A DNA stretch of 64,000 bases, taken from an uncultured Clostridia bacterium (GTDB taxonomy: Bacteria > Bacillota > Clostridia > Christensenellales > Borkfalkiaceae). Where the stretch lies: NCBI GenBank assembly GCA_947627015.1, contig CANQUL010000003.1, positions 2,895 through 66,894 of the forward strand. The letters are read 5' to 3'. Every line of letters starts with the position of its first letter. Position 1 is the first letter of the stretch. Shown here one piece after another: positions 32,665 through 42,407 of the stretch. Made by a program: the position numbers and the translations under genes. The notes under the pieces are model-generated. The model had not been told where the DNA came from. It searched no databases and saw nothing but the letters and a program-made list of their open reading frames with translations.

Positions 32665-32784
32665 TTTTCAAGCCCCTTGCTGTCCCCGAAAGGGAAAGGG
32701 ATTGCGTCATCCTGCCCGCAAGGAAGGATCCCGGAGTACGAAGTCCGACATCGACCCAAGGGGGTTTCATTCAAAGAATCGCAT

Positions 32785-33384
32785 ATGGATAAGATCGGAA
32801 TTGCCGTCCTGTGTTCGGGCGGCGGAACCAATTTACAGGCCATTCTCGGAGCGGCCGAGGCGGGACTTCTCCCCGACGGGGAGATCGTTCTCGTCGTGGC
32901 GGACAGCCCGTCGGCCTATGCCCTGACGCGCGCTGCACGCTACGGCATCGAGACGGCGGTATTCGACCGCGCCCTCCTCGCAAGAGGGGAACGGGAGCAG
33001 CGGATCGCAGAACTCCTCACCGAGCGGAAGATCGGCCTCGTCGTGCTGGCAGGATTCATGACCGTCCTCTCCGCCGCCTTCGTAAAGCGCTTTGAGGGGC
33101 GCATCATCAACGTGCATCCCGCGCTCATCCCGAGCTTCTGCGGGGTGGGCATGTACGGACTTCATGTGCACGAAGCCGTCCTTGCCCGCGGCGTAAAGGT
33201 CACGGGCGCAACGGTGCACTATGTCACCGAGGAGTGCGACGGCGGACCCATCATCGCCCAGAAGGCGGTGGAGGTCAAGGCGGGCGACACGCCCGAAACG
33301 CTGCAAAAGCGCGTCATGCGCGAGGCGGAATGGGTCATTTTGCCCGAGTCCGTCGAGGCAGTCTGCAAAAAGTTGAGAGGCTGA
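32785..33384 (+). CDS. purN: GAR formyltransferase PurN
   Basis: M37 of ORF 32677..33384 (MDKIGIAVLCSGGGTNLQAIL). NVHPALIPSF...TGATVHYV.E..DGGPII. Confidence 0.9.
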   Translation: MDKIGIAVLCSGGGTNLQAILGAAEAGLLPDGEIVLVVADSPSAYALTRAARYGIETAVFDRALLARGEREQRIAELLTERKIGLVVLAGFMTVLSAAFVKRFEGRIINVHPALIPSFCGVGMYGLHVHEAVLARGVKVTGATVHYVTEECDGGPIIAQKAVEVKAGDTPETLQKRVMREAEWVILPESVEAVCKKLRG

Positions 33385-33424
33385 CCTCTCGCAAAATCAA
33401 AAAACCTATCAAAGGAGAATCATT

Positions 33425-34144
33425 ATGGCATACATCAGAAAGAGCATGGAACGCCTCTTAAAGGGCAATTCCTACCCCGGCCGCGGTCTCGTCATCGGCA
33501 AATCGAGCGACGGCCGCCGCGCATTCTTCGCCTATTTCATCATGGGCAGGAGCGAAAACAGCCGCAACCGCATCTTCACGGAGCATGACGGCAACATTAA
33601 GACGGAGCCCTTCGATGCGGCCAAGGTCACCGATCCCTCCCTCATCATCTACACGCCCGTCAAGACGCTCGACCGCGACATCGTCATCACCAACGGCGAC
33701 CAGACGGACACCATCGAGGAATTCATCGTAAAGGGCAAGACCTTCCATGACGCGCTCCTCACCCGCACCTTCGAGCCCGACGAGCCCAACTACACCCCCC
33801 GCATCAGCGGCATCATCCACCTCGCAAAGAAGAGTTTCACCTACGAGATGGCCATCTTAAAGAGCGCCGACGGCAAGGGCAAGAAGTGCAACCGCTACTT
33901 CTTCGAATACGAGCCCGTCAACGGCGTAGGACACTATCTTCACACCTATGAGAAGGACGGCAACCCCCTTCCCTCGTACATGGGTGAGCCCGATCGCGTC
34001 AAGATCGGGAATGATCTCAAAGAATTCGCCGACGAGATCTGGAACAATCTCAACAAGGACAACAAGATCTCGCTCTACTGCCGTGCCGTCAACCTTCGCA
34101 CATGGCAGGAGGAAGAGGTCCTTTATAACCGCAATCAGAAGTGA
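33425..34144 (+). CDS. purO: IMP cyclohydrolase, archaeal PurO-type
   Basis: YPGRGLVIGKSSDGRRAFFAYFIMGRSENSRNRIF pattern of the stand-alone IMP cyclohydrolase family. AAAGGAG RBS. Sits immediately upstream of the AICARFT gene. Confidence 0.8.
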   Translation: MAYIRKSMERLLKGNSYPGRGLVIGKSSDGRRAFFAYFIMGRSENSRNRIFTEHDGNIKTEPFDAAKVTDPSLIIYTPVKTLDRDIVITNGDQTDTIEEFIVKGKTFHDALLTRTFEPDEPNYTPRISGIIHLAKKSFTYEMAILKSADGKGKKCNRYFFEYEPVNGVGHYLHTYEKDGNPLPSYMGEPDRVKIGNDLKEFADEIWNNLNKDNKISLYCRAVNLRTWQEEEVLYNRNQK

Positions 34145-34150
34145 GGCAAT

Positions 34151-35335
34151 ATGAAAGAATTTTCCTTAAAGTACGGCTGTAATCCCAACCAAAAGCCCGC
34201 CCGGATCTTCATGGAGAACGGAGGGGACCTCCCCGTCGAGATCCTGAACGGCAGACCGGGGTATATCAACTTCCTCGACGCCTTCAATTCGTGGCAGCTC
34301 GTAAAAGAGATCAAGGACAACACGGGCTATGTCGCCGCGACGAGCTTCAAGCACGTCTCTCCGACTTCGGCCGCCATCGGGAAGCCTCTTTCGCCCGCTC
34401 TCAAACAGTCCTGCTTTGTGGACGACATCGAGGGGCTCGACGATTCGCCCCTTGCCTGTGCCTATGCGCGCGCCCGCGGTACCGACCGCATGTCCTCCTT
34501 CGGCGACTGGATCGCCCTCTCCGACGAGTGCGACGAAGTGACCGCGAGGATCATTGCCCGCGAGGTCTCCGACGGCATCATCGCCCCGGGCTATTCCCCC
34601 AAGGCGCTCGAGATCTTAAAGAGCAAGCGGAAGGGCGCCTACAACGTCGTCCGCATCGACAAGGATTACGTCCCCGCCGACATCGAGAGAAAGCAGGTGT
34701 TCGGCATCACCTTCGAACAGGGAAGGAACAACTTCCGCATTGACGCCGCTCTCCTCGGCAACCTCGTCACCAAGAACAAGACATTGCCCGCGGACAAGGC
34801 CGTCGACCTCATCATCTCGCTCATCACCCTCAAATACACGCAGTCCAATTCCGTCTGCTTTGCGGCGGACGGACAGGCCATCGGCGTGGGCGCAGGCCAG
34901 CAGTCGCGCATCCACTGCACCCGTCTTGCGGCGCAGAAGGCCGATCTCTGGCATCTCCGTCAGCACGAGAAGGTGCGTTCGCTCAAATTCGCGGAGGGCG
35001 TGGGCCGTCCCGAAAAGAACAACATCATCGACCTGTACCTCTCCGACGATGCCGAAGAGGTCCTCGGCGACGGCGTATGGCGGCAGAACTTTGCCGTCCG
35101 TCCCGAGCCGTTCACGCGGGAGGAGAAGGCGGAGTACCTCGCCGGCCTCACGGGAGTTTCCCTCGGCAGCGACGCCTTTTTCCCGTTTTCGGACAACATC
35201 GAGCGCGCGGCAAAGAGCGGCGTGAGCTATGTGGCCGAGCCGGGCGGCTCCGTCCGCGACGACCTCGTCATCGAGGCGGCGGACAAGCACAACATGGTAA
35301 TGGCCTTTACGGGCATGCGGCTGTTCCACCACTGA
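34151..35335 (+). CDS. purH: AICAR formyltransferase (PurH C-terminal-domain-only form)
   Basis: [14 protein letters not shown]...SFKHVSP...[14 protein letters not shown]...ASDAFFPF.DNIE.A...GV..V..PGGS.RD. 394 aa and lacks the MGS-like cyclohydrolase domain. Confidence 0.85.
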   Translation: MKEFSLKYGCNPNQKPARIFMENGGDLPVEILNGRPGYINFLDAFNSWQLVKEIKDNTGYVAATSFKHVSPTSAAIGKPLSPALKQSCFVDDIEGLDDSPLACAYARARGTDRMSSFGDWIALSDECDEVTARIIAREVSDGIIAPGYSPKALEILKSKRKGAYNVVRIDKDYVPADIERKQVFGITFEQGRNNFRIDAALLGNLVTKNKTLPADKAVDLIISLITLKYTQSNSVCFAADGQAIGVGAGQQSRIHCTRLAAQKADLWHLRQHEKVRSLKFAEGVGRPEKNNIIDLYLSDDAEEVLGDGVWRQNFAVRPEPFTREEKAEYLAGLTGVSLGSDAFFPFSDNIERAAKSGVSYVAEPGGSVRDDLVIEAADKHNMVMAFTGMRLFHH

Positions 35336-35575
35336 GGGGTTTGTAGTTTTTCGTGAATTTCTTCCGTACAGAAACCCCCTGCGGGGCAGAATGAGGGCAA
35401 AGAAATTTACGAGGAAACCTTCGTTTGCATCTTAACTTATTTGTCCTCTCGTTCGTTTCAAAAGGCAAGAAGCGCGGAGCGCAACAAATCGAGGTGCCCA
35501 CGGCGGAAGTGAATTCCGCCTGCAAGGCGGTTGGTGGGGGAATATTTTCGCAAAACAAATTTCCGTGAGGAGAGC

Positions 35576-36853
35576 ATGAATATTTTAGTCATCGGCGGCG
35601 GCGGAAGAGAGCATGCCGTCATCAAAACCTTAAAAAAGAGCAAGCACTGCGGAAAGATCTGGTGCCTTCCCGGGAACGGCGGGATCGCCGCCGATGCGGA
35701 GTGTCATCCCATCAAGGCGACCGACCTGAACGGGATCGCCGAGTTTACGCGGACGCACCCCGTAGACTTCGCCGTCGTCACGCCCGACGACCCGCTCTGC
35801 CTCGGCTGTGTCGACGTCCTCGAGGCGCTCGGCATCCCCTGTTTCGGGCCAGAAAAGAAGGCGGCCGTCATCGAGGGGAGCAAGGTCTTTTCCAAAGAGC
35901 TCATGAAGAAGTACGGCATTCCGACGGCGGACTCGAGGACGTTCGACGACCCCATGTCCGCGATCGGGTACTTAAAAACGTGCGACTATCCCACCGTGAT
36001 CAAGGCGGACGGGCTGGCGCTCGGCAAGGGCGCCGTCATCGTGAACTCCTTCGAAGAGGCGCAGCGGACCGTCGACGAGATGATGGTGAAAAAGGTATTC
36101 GGCGAGAGCGGGAGCCGCATCCTCGTCGAGGAATTTCTGACGGGGCCCGAGGTGTCCGTCCTCTCCTTTACGGACGGCAACATCGTCGTCCCCATGGTCT
36201 CGTCCATGGACCACAAGCGCGCGCTCGACGGCGACATGGGTCTCAACACGGGCGGAATGGGCACCGTCGCGCCCAATCCTTACTACACGGAGGAGATCGC
36301 CGCCCGCTGCATGAAGGAGATCTTCGTGCCCACGATCGAGGCGATGAAGAAGGAGGGCCGTGTCTTCCGCGGCTGCCTCTACTTCGGCCTCATGCTCACC
36401 CCCAAGGGCCCCAAGGTCATCGAATACAACTGCCGTTTCGGCGATCCCGAGACGCAAGTCGTCCTTCCTCTTCTCGAAAGCGACCTGCTCGAGATCATGC
36501 TCGCCGTGCATAACGGAAGCCTGACTGCGGACATGGTACGCTTCTCTTCGGCCTCTGCCTGCTGTGTGGTGCTTGCCTCCGAGGGCTATCCCAAAAAGTA
36601 CGAGACGGGATTTCCCATCACCCTTCCCGAGACGGCCGCGGGCGAGGACATCTTTATCGCAGGCGCAAAGCGGGAGGGGGACGCACTGCTCACGGCGGGG
36701 GGCCGCGTGCTCGGAGCCGTTGCGACGGCGCCCACGCTCTCGGGAGCCGTGGAACGCGCCTATCGGCTTGCGGGAAAGATCGGGTTCCGGAACGCCTACT
36801 GCCGTCGGGACATCGGTCAACGGGCGCTCAAGGCCCTCAAACGGAGCGATTGA
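35576..36853 (+). CDS. purD: GAR synthetase PurD
   Basis: M16 of ORF 35531..36853 (MNILVIGGGGREHAV) after GAGGAG. PGNGG, ATP-grasp motifs, EYNCRFGDPE. Confidence 0.95.
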   Translation: MNILVIGGGGREHAVIKTLKKSKHCGKIWCLPGNGGIAADAECHPIKATDLNGIAEFTRTHPVDFAVVTPDDPLCLGCVDVLEALGIPCFGPEKKAAVIEGSKVFSKELMKKYGIPTADSRTFDDPMSAIGYLKTCDYPTVIKADGLALGKGAVIVNSFEEAQRTVDEMMVKKVFGESGSRILVEEFLTGPEVSVLSFTDGNIVVPMVSSMDHKRALDGDMGLNTGGMGTVAPNPYYTEEIAARCMKEIFVPTIEAMKKEGRVFRGCLYFGLMLTPKGPKVIEYNCRFGDPETQVVLPLLESDLLEIMLAVHNGSLTADMVRFSSASACCVVLASEGYPKKYETGFPITLPETAAGEDIFIAGAKREGDALLTAGGRVLGAVATAPTLSGAVERAYRLAGKIGFRNAYCRRDIGQRALKALKRSD

Positions 36854-36874
36854 AGTTCTCACAAGGAGAAAGAT

Positions 36875-39800
36875 ATGGTTTACAGGGTATACGTTGAAAA
36901 AAAGGAAGGGTTTGACCACGAAGCGCGGGCGCTTCTTTCCGACTGCCGTGAGCTCTTGGAGCTCTCCCGTGTCGAGAAGATCCGCGTCCTCAACCGCTAC
37001 GACGCCGAGGACATCGACGGCGTACTCTTCAAAAAGTGCGTAAAGACCGTCTTTTCCGAACCGCAGATGGACCGCGCGAGCACCTATGTCGATCTGTCGG
37101 GTGCGCGCGTCTTTGCCGTGGAATATCTTCCCGGGCAGTTCGACCAGAGGGCGGATTCGGCCGCACAGTGCGTCCAGCTCGTCTCCATGGGAGCCCGTCC
37201 CCTCATCCGTACCGCCAAGGTCTATGCCGTATACGGCCCCGTCACGGAGGACGACCTCTCCGCCATCCGTAAATATGTCATCAACCCCGTCGAGAGCAGG
37301 GAGGCGAGCCTCGCCCTTCCCGAAACGCTCAAGATAGACCACCCCGTTCCCACGGAGGTGGAGACGCTCGACGGGTTCATCCGTCTCTCGCGGGAGGAGC
37401 TCGCGGAGTTCGTGAAAAAGTACGCCCTCGCAATGGACGAGGACGACATTGCTTTCTGCCAAAATTATTTCCGCAGCGAGATGCGCGATCCCACGCTCAC
37501 CGAGATCCGCATGATCGACACCTATTGGTCCGACCACTGCCGGCATACCACTTTCCTCACCACGCTCGACGGCGTGACCTTCGAGGATGAACTGCTCGAG
37601 AGGGCATACCGCGAATATCTTGCCGCCCGTGAGGAACTCGGCCGCACCAAGCCCGTCAACCTCATGGACATCGGCACCATCGCCTGCAAACTGCTCAAAA
37701 AGCGGGGGCTTCTCGAAAAGCTCGACGAGAGCGAAGAGATCAACGCCTGCACCGTCAAGATAAAGGTGCGCGTCGACGGGGAGCCGCAGAACTATCTGCT
37801 CCTCTTCAAGAACGAGACGCACAACCATCCCACGGAGATCGAGCCCTTCGGCGGCGCCGCCACCTGCATCGGCGGAGCCATCCGCGATCCGCTCTCCGGC
37901 CGCAGCTATGTCTATGCCGCCATGCGCGTCACGGGCGCGGGCGATCCGCTCGTCCCCGTCAAGGACACCATGCAGGGAAAACTCCCCCAGCGCAAGCTCG
38001 TCACGACGGCCGCGGCGGGGTATTCCTCCTACGGCAACCAGATCGGCCTTGCCACGGGCGAAGTCCATGAGATCTACCATCCCGGGTACGTCGCCAAACG
38101 CCTCGAGATCGGCGCGGTCATTGCGGCCACGCCCGAGGAGAACGTGAGGAGGGAAGTCCCCGCACCGGGCGACAAGGTCATCCTTCTCGGCGGAAGGACG
38201 GGCCGTGACGGCTGCGGCGGCGCTACGGGTTCCTCCAAGTCGCACACGCTGCAATCGCTGTCCGTCTGCGGCGCCGAGGTGCAAAAGGGCAACGCGCCCG
38301 AAGAGCGCAAGCTCCAGCGGCTGTTCCGGAGCAAGGAAGCCATGCTCCTCATCAAGCGGTGCAACGACTTCGGTGCGGGCGGCGTGTCCGTCGCCATCGG
38401 CGAACTTGCGGACGGCCTCGACATCGACCTCGGCCTCGTGCCCAAGAAGTACGACGGTCTCGACGGCACTGAACTTGCCATCTCCGAATCGCAGGAGCGC
38501 ATGGCGGTCGTCGTGGAGGAGAAGGACGCCGAGACGTTCATCCGTCTTGCGGAGGAAGAAAATCTCGAGGCGACCGTCGTTGCGACCGTCACCCGCGAGC
38601 CCCGTCTCAGGATGCACTGGAACGGCAAGACCATCGTCGACGTCTCGCGTGAATTTTTGAACTCCAACGGCGCGGAGAAGCATACCATGGCCGCACCCGA
38701 GCCTCTCAAAGACTATCAAAAGCAAATTCCCGAATCCTTTGCGGAGGGCATGCGCGCCCTTGCGGGCGACCTCAACGTCTGCTCCGAACGCGGCCTCTCC
38801 GAGCGCTTCGATTCGACCATCGGCGCGGGCACCGTCCTCATGCCGTTCGGCGGCAAGTACCAGATGACGCCGCCGCAGGCGATGGTGCACCTCGTCTCCA
38901 CCGAAAAGGGCCACACGGACACCGTTTCGTACATGGCATGGGGCGGAAATCCCTTCATCGCCGAAAAGAGCCCCTATCACGGGGCCTATCTCGCCGTGGC
39001 GGAGAGCATCTCCAAACTCATCGCCTCGGGTGCGTCCTTCGACGACGTGTATCTCACATTTCAGGAATATTTCTTAAAGCCCGGGAAGGATGCGGCGCGG
39101 TGGGGACAGCCCCTTGCGGCCCTCCTCGGCGCGTTCAAGGCGCAGATGGACCTCGGCGTCGCGGCCATCGGCGGAAAGGACTCCATGTCGGGCACCTTCG
39201 AACACATCGACGTGCCGCCCACCCTCGTCTCTTTCGCCGTGACGACGGGAAACGTCTCCGAGGTCATCTCTCCCGAATTCAAGGCGGCGGGCCATAAGGT
39301 CGTGCTGCTCTCGCCCGCCTATGACGAAAACGGTCTGCCCGTCCCCGCCTCGCTCATCGCGACCTTCCGTGCCGTGACGGCGCTCATCCGTTCGGGCCGT
39401 GCCGTCTCCGCGTGGACGCCCGGCTTCGGCGGCATTGCGGAGGGCATCCTCAAGATGTGCCTCGGAAACAAAATCGGATTCCGCTTCGCGGACACGGTAC
39501 CCATGGACACCGTCTTTGGTTATCGATACGGCTCCTTCATCCTCGAACTTACGGAGGAGACGGAGGCGGGCATTTTGCTCGGAAGGACGGTCGAACAGGA
39601 GACCGTGACGTACGGTCTCGACATCCTGTCCCTCGCCGTGCTCCAACGGGTGTACGAGGGCAAGCTCGAGCCCGTCTATCCCTGCACCGTCAAGATGCCC
39701 GAGCGCAACGCGTGGAACTTCACCTTCGAGGGCCGCAGCCCGATCACTCCGGCCGTCAAGACCGCCCGTCCCAAAGTGCTCCTGCCCGTATTCCCCGGTA

Positions 39801-40564
39801 CCAACTGCGAATACGACACGGCCAAGGCCTTTGAGGATGCGGGCGCGGAGGCGGACATCTTTGTCATCCGCAACAACACGGCGTCCGAAGTCGCACGCTC
39901 GGCGGAGGAATTCGCCCGCCGCATGCAGTCGGCGCAGATCGTCTTTATCCCGGGCGGATTCTCGGGCGGCGACGAACCCGACGGCTCGGGCAAATTCATC
40001 ACCGCATTCTTCCGCAGCGACATCATCAAGGAACAGGTAAAGGCCCTCCTCGGCGAACGCGACGGATTGATGGGCGGCATCTGCAACGGATTCCAGGCCC
40101 TCGTAAAGCTCGGCCTCGTGCCGTACGGAAAGATCATCGATACCGACGAGACCTGTCCGACGCTCACCTACAACGACATCGGACGGCACCAGAGCCGCAT
40201 CGTGCGCGTGCGTGTCGCCTCTACCAATTCGCCGTGGCTGTCGGGCGTGAACGCGGGAGAGGTGTATTCTGTACCCATCTCGCACGGCGAGGGACGGTTC
40301 GTCTGCCCCGAAGAACTTGCCCGCGAACTTGCGGCGCACGGCCAGATCATGACGCAGTACGTCGACCTCTCGGACAACGCGACGATGGACATCCGCTTCA
40401 ACCCCAACGGCAGCGTGTACGCCATCGAGGGCATTCTCTCGCCCGACGGGAGGGTGTTCGGCAAGATGGGGCACGCCGAGCGCAAGGGGTACGGCCTCTA
40501 CCGGAACGTTCCCGGCGAGTACGACATGAAGCTCTTCGAGAGCGCAGTCAAATATTTTAAGTAA
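36875..40564 (+). CDS. purL: FGAM synthase, large single-chain PurL (synthetase plus glutaminase domains)
   Basis: 1229 aa. WSDHCRH, ETHNHPTEIEPFGGAATCIGG. C-terminal class-I glutaminase (GICNGFQAL, ISHGEGRF). Confidence 0.95.
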   Translation: MVYRVYVEKKEGFDHEARALLSDCRELLELSRVEKIRVLNRYDAEDIDGVLFKKCVKTVFSEPQMDRASTYVDLSGARVFAVEYLPGQFDQRADSAAQCVQLVSMGARPLIRTAKVYAVYGPVTEDDLSAIRKYVINPVESREASLALPETLKIDHPVPTEVETLDGFIRLSREELAEFVKKYALAMDEDDIAFCQNYFRSEMRDPTLTEIRMIDTYWSDHCRHTTFLTTLDGVTFEDELLERAYREYLAAREELGRTKPVNLMDIGTIACKLLKKRGLLEKLDESEEINACTVKIKVRVDGEPQNYLLLFKNETHNHPTEIEPFGGAATCIGGAIRDPLSGRSYVYAAMRVTGAGDPLVPVKDTMQGKLPQRKLVTTAAAGYSSYGNQIGLATGEVHEIYHPGYVAKRLEIGAVIAATPEENVRREVPAPGDKVILLGGRTGRDGCGGATGSSKSHTLQSLSVCGAEVQKGNAPEERKLQRLFRSKEAMLLIKRCNDFGAGGVSVAIGELADGLDIDLGLVPKKYDGLDGTELAISESQERMAVVVEEKDAETFIRLAEEENLEATVVATVTREPRLRMHWNGKTIVDVSREFLNSNGAEKHTMAAPEPLKDYQKQIPESFAEGMRALAGDLNVCSERGLSERFDSTIGAGTVLMPFGGKYQMTPPQAMVHLVSTEKGHTDTVSYMAWGGNPFIAEKSPYHGAYLAVAESISKLIASGASFDDVYLTFQEYFLKPGKDAARWGQPLAALLGAFKAQMDLGVAAIGGKDSMSGTFEHIDVPPTLVSFAVTTGNVSEVISPEFKAAGHKVVLLSPAYDENGLPVPASLIATFRAVTALIRSGRAVSAWTPGFGGIAEGILKMCLGNKIGFRFADTVPMDTVFGYRYGSFILELTEETEAGILLGRTVEQETVTYGLDILSLAVLQRVYEGKLEPVYPCTVKMPERNAWNFTFEGRSPITPAVKTARPKVLLPVFPGTNCEYDTAKAFEDAGAEADIFVIRNNTASEVARSAEEFARRMQSAQIVFIPGGFSGGDEPDGSGKFITAFFRSDIIKEQVKALLGERDGLMGGICNGFQALVKLGLVPYGKIIDTDETCPTLTYNDIGRHQSRIVRVRVASTNSPWLSGVNAGEVYSVPISHGEGRFVCPEELARELAAHGQIMTQYVDLSDNATMDIRFNPNGSVYAIEGILSPDGRVFGKMGHAERKGYGLYRNVPGEYDMKLFESAVKYFK

Positions 40565-40736
40565 TTCACGAAATTTCTCGTGCCGAGAAATTTCCGTGAG
40601 GGGTTAGGAAAGTACATCTCTCGGCCCCGTCGGCCGCAATCCCGGCTTGTCCTCAAAGGCAAGAAGCCGAAAAGGTCCGGCGAATCAAGAACCCGATCCC
40701 ATACGGGGACGGCAAATAAAAAGATAGAGGTAGCAC

Positions 40737-42401
40737 ATGAAGACAGACATTCAAATCGCACAGGAAGCAAAAAAACAGCCCATCCTCGCCATCGCCCAAA
40801 AGCTCGGCATCGGGGAAGAGGACCTTGAGTACTACGGAAAGTACAAGGCCAAGATCGAGCCCTCCGCACTGAAGGGACGCGACAAGGAGGGCAAGCTCAT
40901 CCTCGTCACGGCCATCACGCCCACGCCCGCGGGCGAGGGCAAGACCACGACCACCATCGGCCTTGCGGACGGACTCTCGCGCATCGGCAAAAAGGTCGTC
41001 GTGGCGCTGCGGGAACCCTCCCTCGGCCCCGTGTTCGGCATCAAGGGCGGCGCCGCCGGCGGCGGCTATGCGCAGGTCGTCCCCATGGAGGACATCAACC
41101 TGCACTTTACGGGCGACTTCCACGCGATCGGGTCAGCCAACAACCTGCTCGCCGCCATGCTCGACAACCATATCTTCCAGGGCAACGCGCTGAACATCGA
41201 CATCGAGCGCATCCCGTGGAAGCGCTGCGTGGACATGAACGACCGCCAGCTCCGCTACATCGAGGACGGCTTCGGCGGTCCCAAGTCGGGCGTCCCGAGA
41301 AAGGACGGCTTTGACATCACCGTGGCGAGCGAAGTGATGGCGGTTCTCTGCCTTGCGACCTCGCTCTCCGACCTGAAGGCACGGCTCTCGCGCCTCGTGG
41401 TGGCCTACAACAAGGACGGCATGCCCGTGACGGCGGGCGATCTCAAGGCTGCAGGCGCCATGACGGCGCTCCTCAAGGATGCCATGAAGCCCAACCTCGT
41501 GCAGACGCTCGAGGGCACGCCCGCATTCGTGCACGGCGGCCCGTTCGCCAACATCGCGCACGGCTGCAACTCGGTCGTCGCGACCAAGGCGGCCTTAAAG
41601 CTCGGCGATTACGTCGTCACGGAGGCCGGCTTCGGCGCAGACCTCGGTGCGGAGAAGTTCCTCGACATCAAGTGCCGTTTTGCGGACCTGCATCCCGCGG
41701 CGGTCGTCATCGTGGCCACGGTCCGTGCCCTCAAGATGCACGGCGGTCTCGCCAAGACCGAACTTGCGACCGAGGACCTTGCCGCGCTCGAGAGGGGACT
41801 TCCCAACCTGCTCCGCCATGTGTCCAATATCAAGAACGTCTATGGGCTTCCCGCCGTCGTTGCCGTCAACCGCTTCCCGACGGATACCGACGCGGAGATC
41901 GCGCTCGTCATCGAAAAGTGCAAGGCGCTCGGCGTCAATGTGCGTCTCTCGACCGTGTGGGCCGAGGGCGGCAAGGGCGGCATCGAACTCGCCGAAGAGG
42001 TCGTCCGCCTGTGCGAAGAGCCCAACGATTTCCGCTTCGCTTATGACGAAAAGCTCCCCATCAAGGAAAAGATCCATGCCGTCGTCACCAAGATCTACGG
42101 CGGCCGCGGCGTCCTCTATACACCCGAGGCGGAGGAGGAGATCGCCCGTCTCGAACGGCTCGGCTTCGGACAGACGCCCGTCTGCATGGCCAAGACGCAA
42201 TACTCGTTTTCCGACGATCAGACCAAACTCGGTGCGCCGACGGGGTTCGACGTCACCGTCCGCTCGGTCAAGATCTCGGCGGGCGCGGGCTTTGTCGTGG
42301 CGCTCACGGGCAACATCATGACCATGCCCGGCCTTCCCAAGGTCCCCGCAGCCGAAAACATCGACGTGGACGAATCGGGCAACATCACGGGCCTCTTTTA
42401 A
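40737..42401 (+). CDS. fhs: formate-tetrahydrofolate ligase
   Basis: [11 protein letters not shown]...[16 protein letters not shown]...[31 protein letters not shown], canonical FTHFS. Confidence 0.95.
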   Translation: MKTDIQIAQEAKKQPILAIAQKLGIGEEDLEYYGKYKAKIEPSALKGRDKEGKLILVTAITPTPAGEGKTTTTIGLADGLSRIGKKVVVALREPSLGPVFGIKGGAAGGGYAQVVPMEDINLHFTGDFHAIGSANNLLAAMLDNHIFQGNALNIDIERIPWKRCVDMNDRQLRYIEDGFGGPKSGVPRKDGFDITVASEVMAVLCLATSLSDLKARLSRLVVAYNKDGMPVTAGDLKAAGAMTALLKDAMKPNLVQTLEGTPAFVHGGPFANIAHGCNSVVATKAALKLGDYVVTEAGFGADLGAEKFLDIKCRFADLHPAAVVIVATVRALKMHGGLAKTELATEDLAALERGLPNLLRHVSNIKNVYGLPAVVAVNRFPTDTDAEIALVIEKCKALGVNVRLSTVWAEGGKGGIELAEEVVRLCEEPNDFRFAYDEKLPIKEKIHAVVTKIYGGRGVLYTPEAEEEIARLERLGFGQTPVCMAKTQYSFSDDQTKLGAPTGFDVTVRSVKISAGAGFVVALTGNIMTMPGLPKVPAAENIDVDESGNITGLF

Positions 42402-42407
42402 GATTTT

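Noticed and set aside
35972-38980. A 1002-aa minus-strand ORF opposite purD/purL. Similar long antisense ORFs lie at 49324-51978 (884 aa), 22503-24824 (773 aa), 1028-3094 (688 aa), 54362-56227 (621 aa), 9217-10908, 11010-12710, 14340-16019, 5511-7184 and 39074-40474.
   Set aside because: All are shadow ORFs antisense to confidently identified genes (purL, helicase, P-type ATPase, sleB/ypeB, ktrB, ABC exporters, ClC, cls); I checked codon alignment (same mod-3 phase) only for this one, against purD/purL. They are low-complexity Arg/Ala/Gly/Asp-rich translations without RBS or family motifs.
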